DNA of 64,000 nt from Cyanophyceae cyanobacterium (GCA_038321985.1 JBBQFN010000004.1:224001-288000), one strand, 5' to 3'. Shown: positions 11,493 through 21,048, numbered from the stretch's first letter. Notes: generated by a model from the letters alone, not told the origin. A program made the numbers and translations.

Positions 11493-11739
11493 TTCTTGCC
11501 GACTCTGCCTTAAGTCTAACCCGCTTAAAAACATCTTGAAGGCGGATGTAGAGACAAGAAATAGGGCATCTCTATAAGGGTTTGAGTGCTTTTACAAAAT
11601 TGATAGAACCTCACCCTGATAGCATCCTAGAGCCATATTCCAACACTTTTTGGAGAGGAGCGCTACAATGGGAAAAAGTGCCACGCCCTAGAGCGCTCCC
11701 CTTTTTTTAAGTTGTAATTTAACATCAAACCGTGATAAA

Positions 11740-13269
11740 ATGTTAGAAGCTGTCTTCCAACCCAATGAGTTTCCCAGTCCCGAGCGTATTGCATCGGTAA
11801 GAGAGTATATCAAGAAAACTTGGAAAACTCTCTATCGTTCCCATGAGCATATTTTAGAAGCGGCAAAAGATGAAAAAATTGGTCATACCGATGACCAACG
11901 CTGGCCGATTTATATTTCCGCCCTGGAGGATAGAGCCCGGGTCGAAGCAGAGTTTAAAGGGGTGCTCAGCCCGGAAGAATATCAGCAAATTGAGATTTTA
12001 AGTTTGCCCTCAGAAATAGACCAAATTAAAGAACATGGGTTGCTCTATCTTCCCGGTGATTATGTGGTTCCCGGAGGCCGATTTAATGAAATGTATGGCT
12101 GGGATAGCTATTTTATCGTATTAGGATTGTTACGAGATGGGGAGGTAGAATTAGCCAAGAGTCAAGTGGATCAATTAATTTATCAAATCGACCATTACGG
12201 AACGATTTTAAATGCGAATCGCAGCTATTTGTTATCGCGATCACAACCGCCATTTTTAACCCCGATGATTTTGGCAGTCTTTGAACAAACTCAGGATAAA
12301 GACTGGCTGCGATCGGTATTAGGTGCGGTAGAAAGTCATTATTACTACTGGATTGTCCCCCCCCACTTAAATCAATCCACCGGATTGTCTCGATATTGTG
12401 CATTAGGAGAAGGACCGGCACCGGAAGTGCTCGTGTCCGAAACGGACGAACTCGGCAGGACTCACTACGATCGCATTCGAGAATATTATCGCCGCTTTGA
12501 AGTAATGGCTTATGATGTGAGTTTGTATTACGATCGCAAAGCCGATTCCCTCACGGACCTCTTTTATAAAGGCGATCGCTCCATGAGAGAATCGGGATTC
12601 GACCCCTCAAACCGTTTTGGTCCTTTTAATATCGATATCATTCACTATGCGCCGGTTTGTTTAAACTCGCTGCTGTATCGTATGGAACAAGATATTGCCC
12701 AAATCCTTAAGATTCTAGGCAATCCTAAACTGGCAGAATCCTGGGTTGATCGCGCTCATAATCGCCATCAGCTAATCGATAAATTTCTCTGGGATGAAAA
12801 CTCAGGTTTGTACTTAGATTATAACTTCCGCAATAACGAACGCCGTCTGTATGAATTCGCTACAACTTTTTATCCTTTGTGGGTAGGACTTGCTTCAGAA
12901 GCACAAGCAGAACGGGTGGTAACAAACTTAGAATTATTTGAAGCCCCGGGAGGCTTACTGACGAGTACCCACGTCACGGGTAATCAATGGGATGCACCCT
13001 TTGGTTGGGCACCTTTAACCTTAATTGCGGTGGAAGGGTTGTATCGCTATGGGTATCGCGAGGATGGCGATCGCATTGCTGGAAAATTTATTAATTTAGT
13101 AACCCAAGAATTTGAAAAAACCGGAACCTTATTAGAAAAATACGACGTTCTTTCTTGTTCTTCGGAAGTTTCTAAGGAAATTATGTTTGGCTACAATACC
13201 AATGAAATTGGATTTGGTTGGACTAATGGTTCAGTTTTAGAATTATTGGCTCAAATGCAAAAGGGCTAA
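11740..13269 (+). CDS. treH: Alpha,alpha-trehalase (GH37)
   Basis: PGGRFNEMYGWDSYF, RSQPP, RESGFD, QWDAPFGW and GFGWTNG motifs; same order as the Anabaena mth-mts-treH cluster. Confidence 0.92.
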   Translation: MLEAVFQPNEFPSPERIASVREYIKKTWKTLYRSHEHILEAAKDEKIGHTDDQRWPIYISALEDRARVEAEFKGVLSPEEYQQIEILSLPSEIDQIKEHGLLYLPGDYVVPGGRFNEMYGWDSYFIVLGLLRDGEVELAKSQVDQLIYQIDHYGTILNANRSYLLSRSQPPFLTPMILAVFEQTQDKDWLRSVLGAVESHYYYWIVPPHLNQSTGLSRYCALGEGPAPEVLVSETDELGRTHYDRIREYYRRFEVMAYDVSLYYDRKADSLTDLFYKGDRSMRESGFDPSNRFGPFNIDIIHYAPVCLNSLLYRMEQDIAQILKILGNPKLAESWVDRAHNRHQLIDKFLWDENSGLYLDYNFRNNERRLYEFATTFYPLWVGLASEAQAERVVTNLELFEAPGGLLTSTHVTGNQWDAPFGWAPLTLIAVEGLYRYGYREDGDRIAGKFINLVTQEFEKTGTLLEKYDVLSCSSEVSKEIMFGYNTNEIGFGWTNGSVLELLAQMQKG

Positions 13270-13348
13270 AAAATAAACCCCAGGTTTAAAAAGCCCCCCT
13301 AGAATCAGGGGGGTTGGGGGATTTCTGCTCAAGGCTGGCACCCCTAAT

Positions 13349-13693
13349 CTATTCTTCTTTTTTCTCAACAACCAGAGTGAGGCGAGCTACCATTGCTCCG
13401 ATTGCCCCAACTGCTGCGATGATGGGAAATAATGCCACTCCGATTGTCCCACCCACAACTCCAACGGTAAGGGGGATTTCAATCAGGGTGTGACCCTCTT
13501 CATTTTTAATGACAATGCGTCTAGCATTTCCTTGTTGGATCAGCTCTCTAACTTTTTTGGCGAGATCGTCTCCATTGAGTTTAAATTCCTCAAGCCGCAC
13601 CTTTGAATTGGTTTGCACTTCAGGGTTGATCGGCATAACAGGGTCTGGGAAAGCCGTTCCGATTGGATCTTCTGGGCGAATGGGTTCAGTCAT
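13349..13693 (-). CDS. DUF4342 family protein
   Basis: KVRELIQQGNARRIVIK...LIEIPLTVG followed by a hydrophobic hairpin, as recalled for DUF4342. Confidence 0.8.
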   Translation of the reverse strand: MTEPIRPEDPIGTAFPDPVMPINPEVQTNSKVRLEEFKLNGDDLAKKVRELIQQGNARRIVIKNEEGHTLIEIPLTVGVVGGTIGVALFPIIAAVGAIGAMVARLTLVVEKKEE

Positions 13694-14231
13694 GATGACC
13701 GGTCCTATGAATGGAAGTATGCTTATAGTTTATCAAAGAGTTCTAGAGATTACTAAGGTAGCGATCGCCCACCGGGAGTTAGGCGGATGCCACGGGGAGG
13801 GGACCCAGGGAACGGGTATAGCGGTAATCTCCCTCTCAAGGTGCGTCTACTTCCCAGCAGAGGGGAAAAGTCGATCTAGAAGGGAGAGAGGGTTAGGAAG
13901 CGGACTAATGGAGTCTTGAGCTTATTTTCGTTACAATTATGACCAGAATGCAGAGGGATATCGAGACGAATTGATGCCAAAGGAAGAGGGATTGTTTAGG
14001 GTAGCACTCTTGACAACCGGGTGAAAGGCAAGGGAGTATTTGAAAACGCCTCCAGTGCATTTTAGTGCTTGAGGGCGATTGTAACAGATGAGGGGTCAAA
14101 CCCTCTAGGCAGGAAAGGGAAAAACCTTCTACTTGATGCGGATTAATGGACTCCTTTAAAATTTCACTGCAATTTTTACAAAAAGGCATCTCCCTTTTGC
14201 TAACCTAATCAATTTTAATAGGTCTGATTTC

Positions 14232-15167
14232 ATGGCGAAACGGGAGCATCTACTCATACAATTTAAGCGAATTATTAAAGCGCATCATTGGCTAGATTTA
14301 ACAGAATTTCTGTTATTAGTTAGCTGTGCGGTTGGAACCCTCGTGGCGGCAGTCACAAAACAAGTGGCATACCTGGCTGTTCCGGTAACCCTGGCCCTGT
14401 GGCTAAATTTTGTTAACCAGAAACGCCGGGATGGATTGCAACAACAAGAAATCCCCCCTTTTGTTTCTGAAATTGAGCTAAAATTGTCGGAATTAAATCA
14501 ACAGATACAGGCTCTTCCCCCGCCAGTTTCTATTAATTTAACAGAAGTTAACGAAGAACTTTCTAAGCTGAATAAATCCGTAACAATGATTGAGGGTAAA
14601 GCGGCTTTTATGACCTCAAAAGTTTACGATAATTTAACCATAAAAATTGATGCCCTGCACAAAAAAATTGCTGATTTTACCGAACCCTTCGACTTAACCC
14701 GGTTTGAAGCAAAAATTGCCTCATTGAATGTTGCCGTCCAATTTTTAGCCCAACGCCCCATAGTTGATTTACAAGAAGTTGAGAAACTACATCGTCAAAT
14801 TTTGCAAGTCGAAGCCGATCGCCGGGATGTACTTTCTCCTTACCTTCAGCGCTTGGAAGGGGAGATTCAAAAGGTACAACATACCGACCTAATTTTGACC
14901 CGGAAATTGGACACCCTCAGCCAAAAGTTTAGCGCTCGACCGGAAATGGCGCAACTGTCTAGATTAAGCCGGATAGTGGGACGGTTAAGCGATAGCTTAA
15001 ACCAAATGCAACAGACGGAAGCGATCGCCTCCCTCTATGAAGATATCGCCCGACTCTCCCAGGACTTAAACCAGTTAAAGCAACAATTAAACCCGGGAGG
15101 GCCAATTACCCCGGTTCAGGAACCGACACCCACTCCGCAGAAAGATCCATTCGGGATGGATCGGTAA
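14232..15167 (+). CDS. Membrane-anchored coiled-coil protein of unknown function
   Basis: Two N-terminal hydrophobic segments (aa ~22-62) followed by Leu/Gln/Glu heptad-like sequence. Confidence 0.75.
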   Translation: MAKREHLLIQFKRIIKAHHWLDLTEFLLLVSCAVGTLVAAVTKQVAYLAVPVTLALWLNFVNQKRRDGLQQQEIPPFVSEIELKLSELNQQIQALPPPVSINLTEVNEELSKLNKSVTMIEGKAAFMTSKVYDNLTIKIDALHKKIADFTEPFDLTRFEAKIASLNVAVQFLAQRPIVDLQEVEKLHRQILQVEADRRDVLSPYLQRLEGEIQKVQHTDLILTRKLDTLSQKFSARPEMAQLSRLSRIVGRLSDSLNQMQQTEAIASLYEDIARLSQDLNQLKQQLNPGGPITPVQEPTPTPQKDPFGMDR

Positions 15168-15261
15168 GTGGACAGGCATCGAGTCAACAGAGATTTAATA
15201 GTGTCCAGGGTTCTCAAGGGTTGCAACCCGTGATAATTCTCGCTGATATTGGTCTTCCACA

Positions 15262-15335
15262 TTCCCCTAAATCCCCTTTAAAAAGGCAGACTTTGAGACA
15301 GTTCTCCCCTAGTTCAGGGGAGTTATCGGGGATCT
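15262..15335. repeat. Degenerate CCCCT...AGGGG-type intergenic repeat; related remnants at ~13291-13322 and ~45558-45645
   Basis: TTCCCCTAAATCCCCTTTAAAAAGGCAGACTTTGA...CTCCCCTAGTTCAGGGGAG...GGGGATCT resembles a repeat family recalled from filamentous cyanobacteria. Confidence 0.5.
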
Positions 15336-15652
15336 CCCCAGAGGGTAGGAAAGGAAGAATACTCAGACATCCGAGGGAATGAACCCGCCCTCAAAGGCGT
15401 AGAGTTTCCCCCAGAACGAGGGCGATCGCAACTGATACCCTAGCCGCTTTCTGGGTTTTAAGCGCTCAGGTTGATGGCAAAATAGAAAAGCCGTCTATTT
15501 TTATTCTTTTGGGGAGTTACCGGCCACACAGTTTTCAATTAAAATAGTTTCTTCTATGCCAAACTTAATAGTTTAGCGGCGATCCCCGATAAGGATAGAA
15601 TCATGCGCAATGTTCGCGAATAAACAGAAAGATTAGAAGAGGTAAAAAAGTA

Positions 15653-17758
15653 GTGACGACCAATATTACCACAAAAGAAGTCCGAACACAGATCCAAGCA
15701 ATAAAAATTAAAGTTGAACGAAACGGCCATTTGACCCCGATCGCTCAAATTGCACCTGTAGAGGTAGCGGGTACTAAAATCGAGCACGCCAGTTTTCTCG
15801 GAAGCGATCGCTTGACCGAGTTAAACCCCCAGATCGGCGACACCATCATCGTTTGTTCCGCTGGAACCGATAAGATGGCGGAAGTGGTGGGGGTACTCTC
15901 AGAAGAACGACCTTCCGGCAGCCAACCCTTTAAAATGCCAACCCACTGCCCGGAATGCGGATCCCCCGTCATCCGGACCGCTGATGATGAAATGAGCTGT
16001 CTTAATTCCTCCTGTGATCCCATTCTTCCCTTCAGCCTGTTAAATTGGTCCAGTCGAGAGGCAATGGAAATTAGCGGACTGGGAGAAAAGCTGGGACAGC
16101 AACTCATCGAACATGGACTGGTTAAGTCGATCGCCGACTTGTACGACATCAACGCCGACCACCTGATCGCCTTAGAAGGGATGGGGAAAAAATCGGCAAA
16201 AAACCTGCTTAAGGCGATCGCCAAATCCAAATCCCTCCCCTGGTCCAGAGTCCTAGCGAGTTTAGGAATCCGCCAGGTGGATCGCCCTACCGCGCAACTG
16301 CTAACTCAACAGTTTGCTACCGTCGCAGACCTCGCCAAAGCCGAAGTCTCGGAACTTGACGCCATTGAGCGCATCACTCCGGAAATCTCCCAGTCTGTCT
16401 ATAACTGGTTCCGGATTAAAGCCAATCAAACCTTAATTGAGCGTTTATCCGCTGCCGGGTTGCAACTTCCTTCCGTGGCATTACCCGAGGTCCTGGATGT
16501 CCCTGTAGCGCCAGAAAAGCCAGAAACGACGACCCAGGAGGTCCAACCCTCAGCGGCATTACCCCCCGAAGTCCTGGATGCCCCTGTAGCGCCAGAAAAG
16601 CCAGAAACGACGAGCCCAGAGGTCCAACCCTCAGCGGCACCGCTGGAACCGGAACCCCTTGCGATCGCTGATGCTTCTCCCTCAGAAACCCTCTCTAATA
16701 TCCCGTCGGAATTGGATGCAACCGTTGAACAATTACAAACTGTAACTCAGCAGAGTGTTCAATTACAAGCGGATTTAGAACAAGCAACTCAGCATTCAAG
16801 TCAATTGCAATCCGAGTTAGAAGAAATTCGGACAAGTCTAAAAAATGCCGAACAAAAAACGGCACAACTCCAATCGGAATTGGAGGAAAGTCGGCAGCAG
16901 TTGGGTCAAGCAAATCAGTCTGAATTGCTGGAATCAGAACTGGCCGAAACTCGTTCTCAACTTACGCAAGCACAGGAAAAAAGCGCTCAATTAAATGCTC
17001 AAGTAGAGGAAATTCGTACAGCTTTAGAATCTTCTACTCGCCAAACGGAAGAACTCAGATCGCAGTTAGTGCAATCTCAGCAAAAGTCAGGGGAATTAGA
17101 CTCTCAACTGCATGAGGTGCGATCGCAGTTGCAGCAAGTGCAACAGCATTCCGGACAATTGCAGTTGCAAGTCGAGGAAGCACATCACCAAGTTGCCAAC
17201 CTCAACACCGACTTAAATGCAACGCGCACAGAGTTGCAGCAAGCGCAACAGGAGCGATCGCAGATTCAGTCCCACCTGGAAGAACGGGGGGAACAATTAC
17301 AACAAGTGGAAGCCGAAAAACAGGATTTGCAAACGCAACTGTCTAACACCCGGACCCAGTTACTCGGAGTGGAAGAACAGAGATCGCACCTGGAAACCGA
17401 AATAGCTCACATCAAGGGAGAAAGCCAGCGATCGCAACAACAGCGAGCGGATTTAGAGGCACAGCTTGCCAAATCCCACGCAGCGCAGTCTCAACTCCAG
17501 GGAGATTTATCAGAAATTCAAGAAAAATTACAAGGTGTCTTACATGATCGCTCCCACTCCGACATCCGTGTAACCCAAGCCAACAGTGAGCGATCAGATG
17601 CTCTATCGCAATTGGAAGCCGCCAACCAACAGCGAGCGCAGATAGAATCACAACTGGCCCTAGTGCGATCGCAAACCCCCATGTTGAAAGCTGGAGTATT
17701 TCTAGCCTTCCTATTTGGGTCCCTAATTGCGTGGTTCTTAGCCCTAGCTATTTACTAA
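15653..17758 (+). CDS. LigA-derived OB-fold/C4 Zn-finger/HhH module fused to a Pro-rich linker, long coiled coil and C-terminal TM helix; not an active ligase
   Basis: aa ~8-270 track the C-terminal half of NAD-dependent DNA ligase (LTPIA..PVEVAGT, IGDTIIV, CPECGS..C.N.SC, GLGEK, GMGKKSA, PWSRVL..LGIR). There is no KxDG adenylation motif and no BRCT domain. aa ~350-675 are Q/E-rich heptads and the protein ends VFLAFLFGSLIAWFLALAIY. GTG start with AGAGG upstream. Confidence 0.85.
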   Translation: MTTNITTKEVRTQIQAIKIKVERNGHLTPIAQIAPVEVAGTKIEHASFLGSDRLTELNPQIGDTIIVCSAGTDKMAEVVGVLSEERPSGSQPFKMPTHCPECGSPVIRTADDEMSCLNSSCDPILPFSLLNWSSREAMEISGLGEKLGQQLIEHGLVKSIADLYDINADHLIALEGMGKKSAKNLLKAIAKSKSLPWSRVLASLGIRQVDRPTAQLLTQQFATVADLAKAEVSELDAIERITPEISQSVYNWFRIKANQTLIERLSAAGLQLPSVALPEVLDVPVAPEKPETTTQEVQPSAALPPEVLDAPVAPEKPETTSPEVQPSAAPLEPEPLAIADASPSETLSNIPSELDATVEQLQTVTQQSVQLQADLEQATQHSSQLQSELEEIRTSLKNAEQKTAQLQSELEESRQQLGQANQSELLESELAETRSQLTQAQEKSAQLNAQVEEIRTALESSTRQTEELRSQLVQSQQKSGELDSQLHEVRSQLQQVQQHSGQLQLQVEEAHHQVANLNTDLNATRTELQQAQQERSQIQSHLEERGEQLQQVEAEKQDLQTQLSNTRTQLLGVEEQRSHLETEIAHIKGESQRSQQQRADLEAQLAKSHAAQSQLQGDLSEIQEKLQGVLHDRSHSDIRVTQANSERSDALSQLEAANQQRAQIESQLALVRSQTPMLKAGVFLAFLFGSLIAWFLALAIY
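16478..16639 (+). repeat. Intragenic 81-bp tandem duplication (27 aa x2)
   Basis: GTCCTGGATG at 16490 and 16571; encodes PEVLD(V/A)PVAPEKPETT..EVQPSAA twice. Confidence 0.9.
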
Positions 17759-17800
17759 AGTTATATCCTTAATCAGCAATTCAGGGGTAAAAGTATCAAA

Positions 17801-17832
17801 AGGGACGTAGCAGTGCTACGTCCCTCTTTTTT
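17801..17832 (+). terminator. Intrinsic terminator (REP-like hairpin)
   Basis: AGGGACGTAGCA-G-TGCTACGTCCCT followed by CTTTTTT. Confidence 0.75.
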
Positions 17833-17980
17833 GAGCCAAGTCCAATCCTTTACCCATCTCCTGATCCAATTGTTCGGCTTTACCACAGCCAGTCATAACA
17901 TTGAAAAAACTACTCCCTGTACCGGAAAATAAGAGCTTCCGCCCTTATTTTCTTGGGTATGTGGAAAGTGCATGATTAAA

Positions 17981-17995
17981 ATGCGTAAAAATCAT
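17981..17995 (+). promoter_or_regulatory. Putative NtcB (LysR) site
   Basis: ATGCGTAAAAATCAT fits AT-N11-AT and is centred ~30 bp upstream of the NtcA box (about -71), as in characterised nirA promoters. Confidence 0.6.
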
Positions 17996-18010
17996 GGGTA
18001 AAAATATTTT

Positions 18011-18052
18011 GTAACTTTAGATACTAACCCCCCTAGTTTATGCGATTAACTT
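18011..18052 (+). promoter_or_regulatory. NtcA-activated class II promoter of nirA
   Basis: GTA-ACTTTAGA-TAC (18011-18024), a spacer of exactly 22 nt, then TAACTT (TAN3T, 18047-18052). Confidence 0.9.
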
Positions 18053-18105
18053 ATAGGGAAATCAAGCGCAAATTCCAGGAGAAATAAATCGCAATAAAAA
18101 ATAAA

Positions 18106-18119
18106 GTAATCAATGATAC
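18106..18119 (+). promoter_or_regulatory. Second NtcA box in the nirA leader
   Basis: GTA-ATCAATGA-TAC; the nearest TAN3T (TAGGTT) is 25 nt away, which is non-canonical. Confidence 0.6.
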
Positions 18120-18191
18120 GGTTTCTACTTTTTTAGAAATTTGCTAGGTTATTATTTTCATTAACAGGAAACAGATAAAAAGAGGTTCTCT

Positions 18192-20072
18192 ATGACATTA
18201 GCCACAGAAAAGCCCACAACGAGTTTAAATAAATTTGAGAAAATTAAGGCCGAAAAAGACGGGCTTGATGTCAAAAATCAGTTAGAGGATTTCGCTCGAA
18301 TTGGTTGGGAGGCAATGGATGCAGGAGATCGCGATCATCGGCTTAAGTGGCTGGGGGTCTTTTTCCGCCCCGTGACCCCCGGTCAATTTATGGTGCGGAT
18401 GCGGATGCCTCATGGAGTAATGAGCAGTCTGCAAATGCGGGTACTGGCCGAGATTGTAGAACGCTATGGGGACGATGGAAATGCAGATATTACCACCCGG
18501 CAGAATCTCCAATTACGGGGCATCAGAATAGAAGATATTCCAGATATTTTTAACCGATTTAAGGCAGCGGGGATGACCTCGATTCAATCGGGTATGGATA
18601 ATGTTAGAAACATTACCGGGTCTCCGGTTTCTGGAATTGACAAACATGAGTTAATCGATACTCAAGAGTTAGTCCAAAAAGTCCAGGATATGATTACCAA
18701 TGCCGGAGATGGAAATCCTGCTTTTACCAACTTACCGAGGAAATTTAACATTGCGATCGGAGGATGTCCAGACAACTCCATTCATGCCGAAATCAATGAT
18801 ATTGCCTTTGTTCCGGCTTATAAAAATGGAGAAATTGGGTTTAACGTACTCGTCGGGGGCTTTTTCTCGGCGAAACGGTGTGAGGCGGCGATTCCCCTAA
18901 ATGTGTGGGTCCCTCCCAATGATGATGTAGTGGAGTTATGCCGAGCAATTTTAGAAATTTACCGGGATAATGGACCCCGAGCAAATCGGCAGAAGTCTCG
19001 GTTGATGTGGCTGATCGATGAATGGGGCGTAGAGAAATTCCGGGCCGAAGTTGAGAAAGAATTCGGAACACCCCTAGCAGAATCCGCCGAAAAAGACGAG
19101 ATTGTGTGGGAAAAGCGGGATCATCTGGGAATTTTCCCCCAGAAACAAGAGGGATTAAACTTTGTCGGTTTAAATGTTCCCGTGGGTCGGTTATTTGCTC
19201 CCGATATGTTTGAACTGGCTAAAATTGCTGACGTGTACGGGAATGGGGAGATCCGGTTAACGGTGGAGCAAAATGTCATCATTCCCAACGTTCCGGATTC
19301 GCGGTTAGAGGCGTTATTACAAGAACCGCTGTTAGAGAAATTTAGTATTGATCCCGCACCTCTGACGCGATCGCTCGTTTCCTGCACAGGGGCTGAGTTC
19401 TGCAACTTTGCTTTAATTGAAACTAAAAACCGCGCTTTAGCCTTAGTTAAAGAACTCGAAGCGGAATTAGACATCCCCAAAACAGTGCGAATGCATTGGA
19501 CTGGCTGTCCTAATTCCTGCGGACAACCTCAAGTCGCAGCGATCGGCTTGATGGGAACCAAAACCCGCAAAAATGGTAAGACCCTAGAAGGGGTGGACCT
19601 CTATATGGGCGGTACAGTGGGCAAAGATGCTCACCTCGGCACCTGTGTTCAAAAAGGGATTCCCTGCGAGGACCTTAAGCCGGTGTTGCGGCAGTTACTC
19701 ATCGAGCAGTTTGAGGCGAAACTGAAACCCGGTATAAGTCATGCCATCGTTGATGTACCCCCGGCATTCGTGGAGTCCCCAGAAATCCCGCCCGAAAAAG
19801 CCATTCAACCGGCGGCGATCGCCTTTGTTAAGTCCGGCAAAACGATTGCCTGTGACGACTCGGCACCAATTTTAGAGATTGCCGAACGAGAAGGAATTCA
19901 ACTCGACAGCAGTTGTCGGGGTGGAACCTGCGGCACTTGTAAGCAAAAACTACTCAGTGGAGAGGTTCGCTACGAAAATGAACCCCAAGCACTTAGTAAC
20001 AGCGATCGCGAGCAAGGATATATTTTGACCTGTAGCGCTCATCCCGTCGGACCCGTCGCGATTGATGCCTAA
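18192..20072 (+). CDS. nirA: Ferredoxin-nitrite reductase with C-terminal [2Fe-2S] ferredoxin domain
   Basis: TTRQNLQ, LPRKFN, SCTGAEFC and GCPNSC siroheme/4Fe-4S motifs; C-terminal SCRGGTCGTC...LTC ferredoxin motif. Confidence 0.95.
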   Translation: MTLATEKPTTSLNKFEKIKAEKDGLDVKNQLEDFARIGWEAMDAGDRDHRLKWLGVFFRPVTPGQFMVRMRMPHGVMSSLQMRVLAEIVERYGDDGNADITTRQNLQLRGIRIEDIPDIFNRFKAAGMTSIQSGMDNVRNITGSPVSGIDKHELIDTQELVQKVQDMITNAGDGNPAFTNLPRKFNIAIGGCPDNSIHAEINDIAFVPAYKNGEIGFNVLVGGFFSAKRCEAAIPLNVWVPPNDDVVELCRAILEIYRDNGPRANRQKSRLMWLIDEWGVEKFRAEVEKEFGTPLAESAEKDEIVWEKRDHLGIFPQKQEGLNFVGLNVPVGRLFAPDMFELAKIADVYGNGEIRLTVEQNVIIPNVPDSRLEALLQEPLLEKFSIDPAPLTRSLVSCTGAEFCNFALIETKNRALALVKELEAELDIPKTVRMHWTGCPNSCGQPQVAAIGLMGTKTRKNGKTLEGVDLYMGGTVGKDAHLGTCVQKGIPCEDLKPVLRQLLIEQFEAKLKPGISHAIVDVPPAFVESPEIPPEKAIQPAAIAFVKSGKTIACDDSAPILEIAEREGIQLDSSCRGGTCGTCKQKLLSGEVRYENEPQALSNSDREQGYILTCSAHPVGPVAIDA

Positions 20073-20154
20073 CCCCGCCACGGGTCAAGGAATTGTGACT
20101 TAAATGCTTTCTATCTGTAACTCAGCAGTTTTATCCCAAAAGGAGCAATGATCA

Positions 20155-20832
20155 ATGTCTTCTCAAGAATTGGCTTCCAAACCCGCTAACTCCGTATCAG
20201 CTTCCACTGACACCCCAGATGTGAGTACCCAAGCCCCCAGTTCCCTGGCTCTGCAACTCATTTGTGCTGTCGGTGTCCTAGGATTTAGCGGGTATATGTT
20301 CAGCAGTTGGCATCGGACCCTAGCCCAACATAGCCTCGCCCAGCAGGCTCAAGCAGAAACCCCCCTAGTCCAGGCCGCCGCAATGGCTCCTGTAGAACCT
20401 CAAGCTCAACCCCCGGTCACCCAACCTGAAATAACCCCGAATGCCGCCTCTGTTACCCCAGCAGTCGCTCCCACCGTCGCGATAGCCCCGCCGATGGTAA
20501 CCGAACCTGTTGCACCCCCTGCCATTACCGACTCGGCTACCTTAGCAACTCTGAGTCAAAAGCTGTATGAGCAAATTGATGGCAATTGGAACAGTTATCC
20601 GACCTTTACCAGCAATTTAGTCTACCAAGTCCAGGTAGAGCAGGATGGGGCGATCGCCAGTTACGATTCCCTCAATCAAACCGCTGAAGATTACCTGGGG
20701 GAAACGCCATTGCCAAAATTAAGCGCGGCTAACCCTAGCCTAACTGAGACCTCAACCCAGCCCCAAGCAAAGTTTTTAGTGTTGTTAATGCCCAGCGGGA
20801 CCTTAGAAATCAGTCCTTGGGTGGGTAACTAG
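20155..20832 (+). CDS. Hypothetical protein: N-terminal TM, Pro/Ala-rich linker, TonB/TolA-C-like domain (paralogue 1)
   Basis: AGGAG RBS; TM at aa ~31-50; C-terminus LYEQIDGNW..YPTF...LVYQVQV..DG.I...PLP.L...F.V...P.G.LEISPW. Confidence 0.75.
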   Translation: MSSQELASKPANSVSASTDTPDVSTQAPSSLALQLICAVGVLGFSGYMFSSWHRTLAQHSLAQQAQAETPLVQAAAMAPVEPQAQPPVTQPEITPNAASVTPAVAPTVAIAPPMVTEPVAPPAITDSATLATLSQKLYEQIDGNWNSYPTFTSNLVYQVQVEQDGAIASYDSLNQTAEDYLGETPLPKLSAANPSLTETSTQPQAKFLVLLMPSGTLEISPWVGN

Positions 20833-21048
20833 GACCCCCTCCCGCAACCGGGACAGCACAGCCCACAGAAAAAACAAAAGGGTAAACCAAATTGTTCGAG
20901 ATTGACCGTTTTGTAAACTCGGGTATGCTACTTGTACCGTCAAGATAGGGCAACTATTGATAGATTTGAGCCGGAAACTCTATACTTGACTTTCCGAAAC
21001 CATTTATCAAGATTTGCTCCCTTGGGGCAACTACAAAGAGGATTGACT

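Noticed and set aside
15653..17758. Annotation as functional ligA or as a simple ligA pseudogene
   Set aside because: It has no adenylation domain, so it is not a ligase. The intact 701-aa frame with RBS, terminator and added domains argues against simple decay.
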